DNA from: an uncultured Actinomycetes bacterium
GTDB lineage: Bacteria > Actinomycetota > Thermoleophilia > Gaiellales > JAICJC01
Assembly (NCBI GenBank): GCA_963797175.1
Contig: CAWCOL010000005.1
Coordinates: 653,100 to 717,099, forward strand
Length of the DNA stretch: 64,000 nucleotides
Direction of reading: 5' to 3'
Made by a program: the position numbers and the translations under genes. This document shows, one piece after another, positions 25,525 to 34,434 of the stretch. The notes under the pieces are model-generated. The model was not told the DNA's origin and searched no databases. It worked only from the letters and a program-made list of their open reading frames with translations. The first letter of the stretch is position 1. Each line of letters opens with the position of its first letter.

Positions 25525-27930
25525 CTACTCGCCCAGCAGCCTCCCCAGCAGACCCGCCTTGCGCGGCGGGCTCGGAGCCACCCCGGCCCCGTCGGCGGCG
25601 GCAGGCGCAGCGGGCTCGGGCGCGGGCGGCGCGGGCTCGGACGGCGCCGCGGCGCCCTCCCCGTCGGGCGCGGCCGCGGCGGCCGCCTTGGTCGTGCGCG
25701 TCCGGGTCGTCGTCGTGGTGCGGCGGCGCGGCTTGGGCTTCGGCTTGGGCGTCGCCTCAGCGTCCGGGGCGGCGTCGGCCGCCGCCGGCTCGGCGGCCGC
25801 CTCTGCGTCGGCCGGCTTCTTGGCCCGCGAGCGCCTGCGCGGCTTGGGCTTGGCCGGCTCGGCCTCGCCGTCGGCCGTCGCGGCGGTCTCGATCGGCGCC
25901 TCGGCCGGCGCCTCGTCGGTCGCCTCGGTCACGGTCGCGGCCGCATCGGTCGTCCGCCTGCGCCCGCGCCCGCCGCGTGTGCCTCGGCGGCGGCGCGGCT
26001 TGGCCCCGTCCTCGCCCTCCGCGACGGCGTCGTCCGCCGCCGCCTCCACGGGCGCCTCGACCACGTCGGGCGTGTCGCCTTCGGCCGGTGCGGCCTCGGC
26101 CGGCTTCTTCGCCCGGCTGGTGCGGCCGCGGCGGTTGCGGCTGCGGTCCTCCAGCTCGAGCCGCTCGCCGACCTCGCGGTCGAACTCCGGGATCTCGAAC
26201 TCGGCCGGATCCTGCGGCATCTCGAGCGCCTTCGGCGTCGCGTCCAGCAGCGTGGCGTAGGCGGTCGTCCGCGATGCCCGCTCGATCCGCACGCGGTGCT
26301 CCTGCCCGATGTAGTTGATCGAGCCGGCGATCACCACCGGGTAGCCGTCCACCCTGGCAACGCCGTCCGAGAGGTTGAACTTGTGCGGCTCGCCGATCCG
26401 CAGGCGCACCTCGGCGCCCTCCTTGACCGGCGGCGTGCCGTCGATCTCCGCGCGCGTGCCCTCGCGGACGACCTCGACCTCCTCCAGCGGCAGGCGGCTG
26501 TCCACGTCGAGCTCGAACCGCCGGCCGACCTCGCGCTCCAGCTCGATCAGCCGCTCCCCGCCGGGGCCGACCAGGCGGTCGGCGACCTTGGAGTTCATCT
26601 TCACGACCATCGCCTCGGCCGCCGACGAGCGAGCCAGCCGGCGCAGTTTGCGCTCCGCCTCGACCGCCATCGTGTCCAGCGAGAGCACCCGGCCCTCACC
26701 GCCGCACGTGGGGCAGATCGACGTGAGCACCTCGCGCACGCCCTCGGTGACGTTCTGGCGCGTCATCTCCACCAGGCCCAGCGGCGAGATCTCGACCAGG
26801 TACGTCTTGGTCCGGTCCTTGGCCAGCTCGGCCTGGAGCACACCCAGCACCTCGGCCCGGTTCTTGGCCTTCTCCATGTCGATGAAGTCGATGACGATGA
26901 TGCCGCCGATGTCGCGCAGCCGCAGCTGGCGCATCACCTCGCGCGCGGCCTCGATGTTGTTCTTGGTGATCGTGTCCTCGAGCCGGCCCGTCTTGCCGAC
27001 GTAGCGGCCGGTGTTGACGTCGATCACGGTGAACGCCTCGGCGTAGTCGAAGATCAGGTAGCCGCCCGACGGCAGGTCGACGCGGCGGTTGAGCGTGCTG
27101 CGGATCGCGGCTTCGACGCCGTGCTTCTCGAACAGCGGCTTGGCGCCTGAGTGGAGCTTGATGCGGTCGGCGAACTCCGGCTGCGTGGTGCGTACGAACC
27201 CGAGGATGCGCCGGTACTGGCGCTCGGAGTCGACGATCACGTCCTCGACGTTGCGCGCCAGGATGTCGCGGATCACGCGGAGCGAGAGGTCGGCCTCGCG
27301 GAACACCATGGTCGGCCCCTTGGCGGACTTGGCGCGGGTGTCGATCTGCGCCCAGATCCGGCGCAGGAACCGCAGGTCGCGCTCCAGATCCTCCTTGGTC
27401 GCGCCCTCGGCGGCGGTGCGGGCGATGACGCCCTCGCCGTCCAGCTCGAGCGTCTTGACCAGTTTGCGAAGCCGCTCGCGCTCGCTGTCGGGCAGCCGCT
27501 TGGAGACGCCGGCGCCGTCGCCGTCGGGCGTCAGCACCAGGAACCGCCCGGCGACCGACAGCTCCATCGTCACCCGGGCGCCCTTGGTGCCCATCGGGTT
27601 CTTGACGACCTGGACGAGCACCTCCTGCCCGGGCCGCAGCAGCTCGTCGATCTTCTTCTTGCGCCGGGTGCTGGTATCCATGCCGGGCAGCACGACGTCG
27701 TTGACGTGGAGGAAGCCGTTCTTGGGCAGGCCCAGGTCGATGAACGCGGCCTCCATGCCGCGGAGGACGTTGTCCACCTTGGCCTTGTAGATGTTGCCTG
27801 CTATGGAACCACTGCCGCGGCGCTCGACGTAGGCCTCGGTCGCGCGGCCCTCCTCGAGCACGGCGACCCGCAGCTCCGAGAGATCGGATGAGATCAGGAT
27901 CTGTTTGGGGACATGGGAGATCGTTGTCAT
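25525..27930 (-). CDS. rne: ribonuclease E/G family endoribonuclease with C-terminal extension and disordered Ala/Pro/Lys/Arg tail
   Basis: ATG at 27930 (MTTISHVPKQILISSDLSELRVAVLEEGRATEAY...). S1 domain, then ...VIDVNTGRYVG...GGIIVIDFIDM...CPTCGGEGRV. 801 aa. Confidence 0.9.
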   Translation of the reverse strand: MTTISHVPKQILISSDLSELRVAVLEEGRATEAYVERRGSGSIAGNIYKAKVDNVLRGMEAAFIDLGLPKNGFLHVNDVVLPGMDTSTRRKKKIDELLRPGQEVLVQVVKNPMGTKGARVTMELSVAGRFLVLTPDGDGAGVSKRLPDSERERLRKLVKTLELDGEGVIARTAAEGATKEDLERDLRFLRRIWAQIDTRAKSAKGPTMVFREADLSLRVIRDILARNVEDVIVDSERQYRRILGFVRTTQPEFADRIKLHSGAKPLFEKHGVEAAIRSTLNRRVDLPSGGYLIFDYAEAFTVIDVNTGRYVGKTGRLEDTITKNNIEAAREVMRQLRLRDIGGIIVIDFIDMEKAKNRAEVLGVLQAELAKDRTKTYLVEISPLGLVEMTRQNVTEGVREVLTSICPTCGGEGRVLSLDTMAVEAERKLRRLARSSAAEAMVVKMNSKVADRLVGPGGERLIELEREVGRRFELDVDSRLPLEEVEVVREGTRAEIDGTPPVKEGAEVRLRIGEPHKFNLSDGVARVDGYPVVIAGSINYIGQEHRVRIERASRTTAYATLLDATPKALEMPQDPAEFEIPEFDREVGERLELEDRSRNRRGRTSRAKKPAEAAPAEGDTPDVVEAPVEAAADDAVAEGEDGAKPRRRRGTRGGRGRRRTTDAAATVTEATDEAPAEAPIETAATADGEAEPAKPKPRRRSRAKKPADAEAAAEPAAADAAPDAEATPKPKPKPRRRTTTTTRTRTTKAAAAAAPDGEGAAAPSEPAPPAPEPAAPAAADGAGVAPSPPRKAGLLGRLLGE

Positions 27931-28574
27931 GTTGGGACTCCTGCCGGCGTGTCGCGCAACTCGATGGCCGTGCGCACGATCCGGTTGATGGTTGGGGTCG
28001 CGCCCACCTGGGCAGCGACCGATTGGGCGACTTCCTCGGGGCGGGCGGTGCCGCCGTCCGAGAGCTCGAGCTCGGCCTCCAGCACCTCGTGCCGGTGGTC
28101 GAGCGACGAGCAGAACCTGCGCACGTCGACGCGCTTGTCCGGCTTGCCGAGCAGCCTGCGCGTGACGATGGCCTCGTCGGAGGCCAGGAACCGGCGCACG
28201 GCCCCGTCCCAGTCGAGGTCCTCTGCGACCTCGATCCGGTACCGGGTGGCGCGCAGCCGGCTGGACGCCGGGCGACCCTCGACCCGCTCGGCCGCCAGCA
28301 CGGCGAAGCCGCGCGGGAGCTGCGCGCCCAGAGCCTCGACGAGCTCCTCGGGCGGCGGGTCGGCGAGCAGGTCGACGTCGGCCAGCTCGCACTCGCTCTC
28401 CACCCCCACCGCACGCGGCAGCGCGAGGGAGATCACGGGTTTCGGCTTCATGCCCTTGGACAGGGCGATGTCGTATCCGGCCCGCCGCAGCGCGGCGAGC
28501 AGGGTGTCAACGGTCTCGAGGTGCGCCAGGAAGCGCGCGCGTCCCGAGACCGCGAAGGTGATGCGGTATGTCAA
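27927..28574 (-). CDS. DUF2344-family protein (radical-SAM-linked)
   Basis: 215-aa ORF MTYRITFAVSGRARFLAHLETVDTLLAALRRAGYDIALSKGMKPKP... Its stop overlaps the rne start (ATGA). Confidence 0.8.
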   Translation of the reverse strand: MTYRITFAVSGRARFLAHLETVDTLLAALRRAGYDIALSKGMKPKPVISLALPRAVGVESECELADVDLLADPPPEELVEALGAQLPRGFAVLAAERVEGRPASSRLRATRYRIEVAEDLDWDGAVRRFLASDEAIVTRRLLGKPDKRVDVRRFCSSLDHRHEVLEAELELSDGGTARPEEVAQSVAAQVGATPTINRIVRTAIELRDTPAGVPT

Positions 28575-28583
28575 GGATGAGTC

Positions 28584-30351
28584 TCATCTCACGAGCTTGT
28601 TGCGGACGGGGCCGAAGCAGGCGCCACAATCGGCGCAGCCATCCCACCGGCAATCGCCGGTGGTTCGCTGGGCTCTGCTCTGGTGCCACTCGTCCAGCAG
28701 GAATTCGGAACTCACGCCCGATTGGACGTGATCCCACGGCAGCTCGTCCCACTCGCCGAGCTGCCTGGTCGCCTCGGCATCCACGGTGGTGCCGGAGGCC
28801 GCGAACGCCTCGTGCCAGGCCTGTTCCTGGAACATCTCGGTCCAGGCGTCGAAGCGCGCGCCGTTGCGCCACGCGGCCTCGACCACGCCGGCCGTCCGGT
28901 CGTCGCCGCGCGACAGCGCGCCCTCGAGCATCGAGGTGCGCACGTCGTGCAGGCTGAGGCGGATCTGCCGGGTCGGCATCGCCCGTCGCATGTAGTCCTG
29001 CTTGGCGACGAACTGATCCCGGGCCGCCATGCCCTCCCACTGGAACGGCGTGTGCGGCTTGGGGACGAAGTTGGAGACGCTGACGTGCACGTTGAAGCGC
29101 CCGCCGCGCCCGACCACCCTGCGGCCGATCTCCCGCGCGGTGATCCCGAAGTCCACGATCCCCTGCACCTCTGCGTGGGTCTCCTGCGGCAGGCCGATCA
29201 TGAAGTACGTCTTGAGGCTGGTGTAGCCGGCCGAGAACGCCGACTCGACGGCGTTCTCGATCATCTCCTGCGTGATCGTCTTGCAGATGATGTCGCGCAT
29301 CCGCTGGGTCGCCGCCTCGGGGGCGAGGGTGATCGACGACTGGCGGGCGTTGGCTGCGGCGGTCAGTGCCACCGGGCCGGTATCGACACGATTGGACGGG
29401 AGCGAGAGGTGCAGGCCCGGCCGCCGCTCCTTGATGCCCTCGATCGCGGCGACCACATCGGTGTAGTCGCTGGTGGCAAGGGAGGTCAGCGAGAGCTCGT
29501 CGTAGCCGGTGCAGCCGAGCTGGGCGAGCCCTGCCTCGATCACCTGGTCTGCCGGGCGCTCACGCACCGGGCGGTACCACGTGCCGGCGTGGCAGAAGCG
29601 GCAGCCGCGGGTGCAGCCGCGCATCACCTCGACGGAGGCGCGGGAGAAGATCGCCGACGAGTAGGGCACGACCACGCGGGTGGGCTGCGTCTCGATCCCG
29701 AAGTCGGCGTAGATCGCACGCTCCACGGAGCGAGGGCCGCGCTCGGGCACCCACACGCAGGGCAGCTCCGCCAGCCGGTCGAGCCGCTCCGACCGCGAGC
29801 CGGACGCGTCGATCGCGTCCAGGACGAGCTCGAACGCCTCCTCGGACTCGCCCATGAAGACGGCGTCGAAGAAAGGCGCCATCGGCGCAGGGTTCGAGGC
29901 GCTGGGGCCGCCGGCCATCACGATCGGGTCGGCGTCGCCGCGCTCGGCGGCGCGGATCGGGATGCCCGGCCAGGTCGAGCACCTCGAGCACGTTCGAGTA
30001 CGTCAGCTCGGCCTGGAGGGTGATCCCCAGCAGGTCGGCCTCGCGCACCGGGCGCCAGGACTCGAGCGTGAACAGCGGGAGGCCCTCGCGGCGCATCGCG
30101 TCGGCCATGTCCGGCCACGGGCAGTAGACCCGTTCGGCCGCGAACTGCTCGCGCCGGCCGACCTGGGCGTAGAGGATCTGGAGCGCCTGGTTGGAGATGC
30201 CGATCTCGTACGCATCCGGGTAGCAGAGCGCCACAAGCCGGGTCGCCGTGGGCTTCAGCACCTGGTTCGCCTCACCACCGATATAGCGCGACGGCTTCTG
30301 CACCGTTTCCAGGACGGATTCGATACGGCGGTCGAGCAGGCTCTCTGTCAC
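28584..30351 (-). CDS. B12-binding-domain radical SAM protein (partner of DUF2344), reading frame broken once near 29966
   Basis: GTG at 30351 (VTESLLDRRIESVLETVQKPSRYIGGE...LEVLDLAG) is in one frame. ...IVMAGGPSASNPAPMAPFFD...MRGCTRGCRFCHAG (CxxxCxxC) is in the 28584..29921 frame. The junction reads ctggccGggcatc. Confidence 0.8.
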
Positions 30352-30401
30352 TTGGGGGATGGTACCGCAGAGGCCCTCGGGCGCTCGCTGGGCGGGCCCC
30401 G

Positions 30402-30545
30402 TCAGAGCAGCAGGGCGGCCGCGGCCACCAGTGCGCCGCCCAGCACGAGCACGGGTAGCACCAGCAGCGCGCGCTGCGCCATCAGCCGGAGGCGGTGCCC
30501 GGCGGGCCGTGCGGCCGGGACGAGGATGGTGTTGGTGGTATGCAT
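30402..30545 (-). CDS. possible 47-aa membrane peptide
   Basis: ATG at 30545 (MHTTNTILVPAARPAGHRLRLMAQRALLVLPVLVLGGALVAAAALLL). High GC3. No family and no clear RBS. Confidence 0.25.
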   Translation of the reverse strand: MHTTNTILVPAARPAGHRLRLMAQRALLVLPVLVLGGALVAAAALLL

Positions 30546-30629
30546 GGACAGGACGAGTTCGACGCGGCGGCGCCGTGCCCTGCCGCCCGGCACACATCGC
30601 CGGCTGGGCGGTTCGGGTATGGTCGGCTC

Positions 30630-30929
30630 ATGGACGACGTGTTCCTGTTCATCGTCGATCTCGTCATGGCGTTCTCCATCGCCGTGATGATCTCGCGGCT
30701 CGCCGAGGTTGCCGCCCGCACGGCTCGCGGTGGCGGCGGGGGCGGTGGCGGCAGGCCGCCGGAGGATCCGCCGCTCAGTCCCAAGCCCCATCCCCCGGCC
30801 GGTGCGACAGCGAACGGGCCGCGCCCCGGGCCCGATCGGCGACCGCCCCGCGGATCGGGACGGCGGCGCGAGCCGGGCCGGGCGGAGCGCCGCTCGACGC
30901 GACGGTCGCGCCGGCCCTCACGCCGCTGA
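30630..30929 (+). CDS. possible small membrane protein with Gly/Pro/Arg-rich tail
   Basis: ATG at 30630 (MDDVFLFIVDLVMAFSIAVMISRLAEVAARTARGGGGGGGG...). Only the first 35 codons or so look convincingly coding. Confidence 0.25.
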   Translation: MDDVFLFIVDLVMAFSIAVMISRLAEVAARTARGGGGGGGGRPPEDPPLSPKPHPPAGATANGPRPGPDRRPPRGSGRRREPGRAERRSTRRSRRPSRR

Positions 30930-30937
30930 CGTTCCGG

Positions 30938-31090
30938 TCAGCGCCTCGCCTCGCGGCGGATCCACCAGACGACGAGGCCGGTGACGATCGCGAGCCCCGC
31001 GGCGCCGACGGCGATGCCGGCGCCTCCCAGCTGCGCCGCCGTCAGCACGGCCAGCAGGCCGGCTGCGACGGTCAGCCTCCCGGTCGTCAT
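30938..31090 (-). CDS. 50-aa hydrophobic peptide translationally coupled to the FUSC-like gene
   Basis: The ATG at 31090 overlaps the upstream stop (ATGA). MTTGRLTVAAGLLAVLTAAQLGGAGIAVGAAGLAIVTGLVVWWIRREARR has two predicted helices. Confidence 0.5.
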   Translation of the reverse strand: MTTGRLTVAAGLLAVLTAAQLGGAGIAVGAAGLAIVTGLVVWWIRREARR

Positions 31091-32133
31091 GCGCCCAGCA
31101 CGGCGGCGTCGCGCACGCGGGCCGACGCCTCCTGCCGCTCGACGCCGAGGGCGCGGAGGATGTCGACGGCGCACGAGCGCACCTGCCCGATCAGCACCGT
31201 GATGGGCAGGCCGGGGTGCTCCTCGAGGAGCCGGGTGGCTCGTCCGGCGGCCCGCAGCGCGTGGTTCACGGTCTCGGCGTCGCTGCGGTCGGCGATCTCG
31301 CCGTCGAGCGTGCGCAGCGCCGCGGCGAGGTCGCGGATGCAGTCAGACAGCCCGTCGGGCACCTCCTCGCCCTGCTCGAGCGCCGTCCGGGCGGAGCGGA
31401 CGAGCACGCGGACGCTGCGGGCGGCGTCGTTGATCCGCCCCGCCGCCTGGGCGTAGCGCCCCACGGCGGCGCCGGAGGCCCAGTGCGCCGGGCTGACGCG
31501 GGCGGTCTCGCGGGCCTGGGAGAGCAGCTGAGTGAAGCCCGCGTCGAGTGCTCCGGCCGAGTGGGCGTGGGCGAGCGCGCGCCCCGCCGCCGCCGGATCG
31601 CCGGCGTCGAGCGCCGCCGCCGTCTCGTCCAGCACCGCGGCGAGGTCGTCGAGCACTGGCTCGACCGCCTTCTGCAACTGGGCGAGCGGGTTCCGGGGGA
31701 GCACGGTCATCACGGCGAGGCCGATCATCCCGCCCACCAGCGCGTCCACGAACCGCGTCGGCGCGGTGTGCGTCTGCGGCAGCGCCGCGATCAGGATCGC
31801 CGCGCTCGCGGCCTGCGAGGCGATCACCCGCCCGCCGCCGAGCAGGATCGCGGCGGTGACGGTCACCAGCACGATCAGCGCGATCTGCGCCGCGCCGTTG
31901 CCGAGCACCCCAATCAGCGCATCCGCCACCGCGATCCCCAGCGCGATGCCGATCACCATCTCCACCGCGCGGCGGCTGCGCTCGCCGGGGACGACCGAGA
32001 GCACGATGGTCGCTGCCACCGGGGCGAAGTAGGTGCTCGTGTGCCCGAGCAGATCGTGGGCGACGAAGTACGCCAGCCCCGCCGCGATCGCCATCTGAAG
32101 CACCATCACGCGCGCCAGCCGCAGCGCCCGCAT
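31087..32133 (-). CDS. FUSC / aromatic-acid-exporter-like membrane protein
   Basis: ATG at 32133 (alternative GTG at 32163). MRALRLARVMVLQMAIAAGLAYFVAHDLLGHTSTYFAPVAATIVL... An N-terminal polytopic half is followed by a soluble helical half. Confidence 0.7.
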   Translation of the reverse strand: MRALRLARVMVLQMAIAAGLAYFVAHDLLGHTSTYFAPVAATIVLSVVPGERSRRAVEMVIGIALGIAVADALIGVLGNGAAQIALIVLVTVTAAILLGGGRVIASQAASAAILIAALPQTHTAPTRFVDALVGGMIGLAVMTVLPRNPLAQLQKAVEPVLDDLAAVLDETAAALDAGDPAAAGRALAHAHSAGALDAGFTQLLSQARETARVSPAHWASGAAVGRYAQAAGRINDAARSVRVLVRSARTALEQGEEVPDGLSDCIRDLAAALRTLDGEIADRSDAETVNHALRAAGRATRLLEEHPGLPITVLIGQVRSCAVDILRALGVERQEASARVRDAAVLGA

Positions 32134-32260
32134 CCGTTCGTGCAGATGCGCCCGCAGCCTCACCCGATACGACGCCGGTATCGCCACCAGGGCCAACCTG
32201 CCGCCCAGGGTACCCCAGAGCCCACCACAAGCGCCGCCTTGGCCGCTCGCCCGGCGAGCC

Positions 32261-32672
32261 CGCCACTTGTCGCTCCGGTGAATGACACTTGGCTTCCGTG
32301 ACAGCCACGCGACACCCTCGCCGACCCGCCGGAGCCAGGACTGGCCACGACCGATCCTGCTCGTCCTCCCAGGAGAAGGACGGGCAGGATCTCCCATGGT
32401 CGATCCCCGAGGAAGCAGCTACGGCGGGGCCCACCCTCCGCCGCCACCCTGCGCGCCACGTGTCGTTCCGGTCAATGACACTTGGATTTCGTGGCACCCG
32501 CGTGACACCACCGCCGACCCGCCACAGCCGGGACTGGCCGCGACCGATCCTGCTCGTCCTTCCAGGAGAGGACGGGCAGGATCTCTCATGGTCGACACCC
32601 GGGCAGCAACTACCGTCTGAATCCCTCACGCCGCCACTTGTCGTTCCGGTGAATGACATTTGGGATTCGTGA
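32261..32672. repeat. 2.3-copy tandem repeat (periods 193 and 178 bp) with conserved internal hairpin
   Basis: Units start at 32261, 32454 and 32632, each with cgccac(t/g)tgtcg(c/t)tccggt(g/c)aatgaca(c/t)ttgg. Each full unit carries gatcctgctcgtcct...aggacgggcaggatc (32353-32391 and 32546-32583). Confidence 0.75.
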
Positions 32673-32824
32673 CGGAGAGGAGAGGAAGGGCGCGGATCCC
32701 GTGAAGAAGCGCCCCATGGCGACTGCACTGCGGCCAAGGGCAGCGGGGACGGCGGCGGAAGGCGGATCACAGCCCTGACGGGTGGGGTGTTGAGCCGTGT
32801 GGGAGCCGATGGCAGGCTGTCGGT

Positions 32825-33316
32825 ATGTACCTGGCGACGCTGTACAAAGCGCGGAACGTGCCGGTGAAATCTCCGGTGTGCGCGATCTGCGTGGAGCGGA
32901 CGCGCGGCAAGACCGTCCGTCTCGATCTCGGCTATGGCGTGTCCGTCAACCTCTGCGCCGGCCACGCGGATCCCGAGTTCCAGGAACGACGGAACGGGCG
33001 CGACTTCGTCCTCACGCTGATGCGGCTGTGGCAGGCCCACGGCTGCATGACCGCCAACCGCCACAAAGCCCTCACCGCCCACGAAGCACGGCTACGGACA
33101 ACGAAGCCGAGCCGGCCGCTGCCTGGCTCCTACGCCTGGCCCGAGCTGCGACAGCGCGCGGAGCGCGCCTACGCCGCCGGGCACCACCCGACCGTTGTGG
33201 CAACGCGGTTACGCGAACAGCTGAGCGCCTGCCCGGCGCACCCACCCAGCCCGAGGACGTTCCAGCGGTGGCACGCGCAGCGGCGCTGGTCGCGGCCACC
33301 GCCCGTCGCCGCCTGA
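32825..33316 (+). CDS. hypothetical protein with CxxC...CxxH zinc-ribbon-like N-terminus
   Basis: 163-aa ORF MYLATLYKARNVPVKSPVCAICVERTRGKTVRLDLGYGVSVNLCAGHADPEF... It lies downstream of the tandem repeats. No family recognised. Confidence 0.5.
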   Translation: MYLATLYKARNVPVKSPVCAICVERTRGKTVRLDLGYGVSVNLCAGHADPEFQERRNGRDFVLTLMRLWQAHGCMTANRHKALTAHEARLRTTKPSRPLPGSYAWPELRQRAERAYAAGHHPTVVATRLREQLSACPAHPPSPRTFQRWHAQRRWSRPPPVAA

Positions 33317-33471
33317 GATCGGGCCGAGCAGTTCGAAGAGCGGCAGCTAGGGAACCGGACGCCGGATCGCCGCAGTACATCGAACGAACAGCAGCTACGG
33401 CAGAGGCACCGAACGACGGCGCTCCAGGGGACGCCGCGGTGGCGCGCTCTTGGCTGCTGCTCTTACGGCGC

Positions 33472-34434
33472 CTACCGCCACTCGCGGAATCGCTCCTTGA
33501 CGGAGTCGATGCCGTCGGTGCGGAAGCGCTCGACGAGATCCATGATCTCGATCCGCAAGCCCTCGGCGAGCGCGCGGACACGGGAGACGTCGGCGACCGC
33601 GCCGTGCTCGAAGTACTCGACGGCGGCCTGGCCGACGGCGCGGGTGCCGGCGTACGCGATCGCCGACTGCAGCGCCCACCCGGCGAACGGGACGAAGTCG
33701 AGCATCGAGCGGGCGACGGCGCGGAAACCGAACCCTGCGCCCAGCACGCCGAGCAGCTCGATCGCGCGCTGCTGGCCGATCTCCTCGCCGTAGCACGCGG
33801 CCAGCCGCAGCACGAGCCGCATCTGGGTCGCCGTCAGCACCGGCATGTCGGCGCCGGGGATGAAGATCAGCAGCGAAAGGCGGGCGTTGCGCCGCGCGGC
33901 GCGCTCGATCAGGAGCTCCGTCACCTGCGGGCGGAACGCGGGTAGCCCCGACGCCAGGTACGGCCCGGAGTCCCCCGCCCGGATGGCCAGCTCCTTCATC
34001 GCCCGGTCGAGCGGATAGCCGCTGCGCCGGTACGCCAGGATGTCGTCCGGGCTGACACCGCGGACGCGCGACGCCTCGGTGATCGCGTGGCTGGGCAGGT
34101 CGAGCGCCTCCAGCAGCGCCAGCACCGGGCGCTTCGCCGACCCCACCACCTCCAGATCCTTGCGCGTCAGGTCGTCGAGCCCGTTGAGGACGGTGCCTCC
34201 GTAGACCACAACAGCTGCCTTGGACAGCGCCTTGCGGTCGTCCTTCTCCAGGCGGCGGAGCGCGAACGCCTGGGCGAACGGGGCCGGGTCCGGCGCACCC
34301 GCGGCCAGCGCGACCCGCAGCGGATCGACGACGTCGCCGTTGCCGCAGATGACCAGCGGGCGATGCTCCATCGCCTTCTGGTTGTCGCGAACCACGGTGA
34401 ACGCGCTCTTGGCGGTGCTGAACGGGCTAGCCAT
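33472..34434 (-). CDS. DUF697-like domain protein
   Basis: 320-aa ORF. The C-terminal half, LLIFIPGADMPVLTATQMRLVLRLAACYGEE...GFGFRAVARSMLDFVPFAGWALQSAIAYAGTRAVG, resembles DUF697. Its start overlaps the rodA stop by 8 nt. Confidence 0.55.
   Translation of the reverse strand: MASPFSTAKSAFTVVRDNQKAMEHRPLVICGNGDVVDPLRVALAAGAPDPAPFAQAFALRRLEKDDRKALSKAAVVVYGGTVLNGLDDLTRKDLEVVGSAKRPVLALLEALDLPSHAITEASRVRGVSPDDILAYRRSGYPLDRAMKELAIRAGDSGPYLASGLPAFRPQVTELLIERAARRNARLSLLIFIPGADMPVLTATQMRLVLRLAACYGEEIGQQRAIELLGVLGAGFGFRAVARSMLDFVPFAGWALQSAIAYAGTRAVGQAAVEYFEHGAVADVSRVRALAEGLRIEIMDLVERFRTDGIDSVKERFREWR

Noticed and set aside
25451-26260. Plus-strand 269-aa Ala/Ser/Gly-rich ORF
   Set aside because: It is antisense to the low-complexity Ala/Pro/Lys/Arg tail of RNase E/G, so it is a mirror-image shadow ORF.
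30402-30929. The full-length ORFs 30402..30791 (129 aa) and 30495..30929 (144 aa)
   Set aside because: They are mostly Arg/Pro/Gly low-complexity sequence and overlap each other on opposite strands. Only the short hydrophobic segments with good codon usage were kept, as low-confidence features.
32261-32672. CRISPR array
   Set aside because: The repeat period is about 180-193 bp with near-identical long units. There are no 25-40-bp repeats alternating with unique spacers, and no cas genes in the window.
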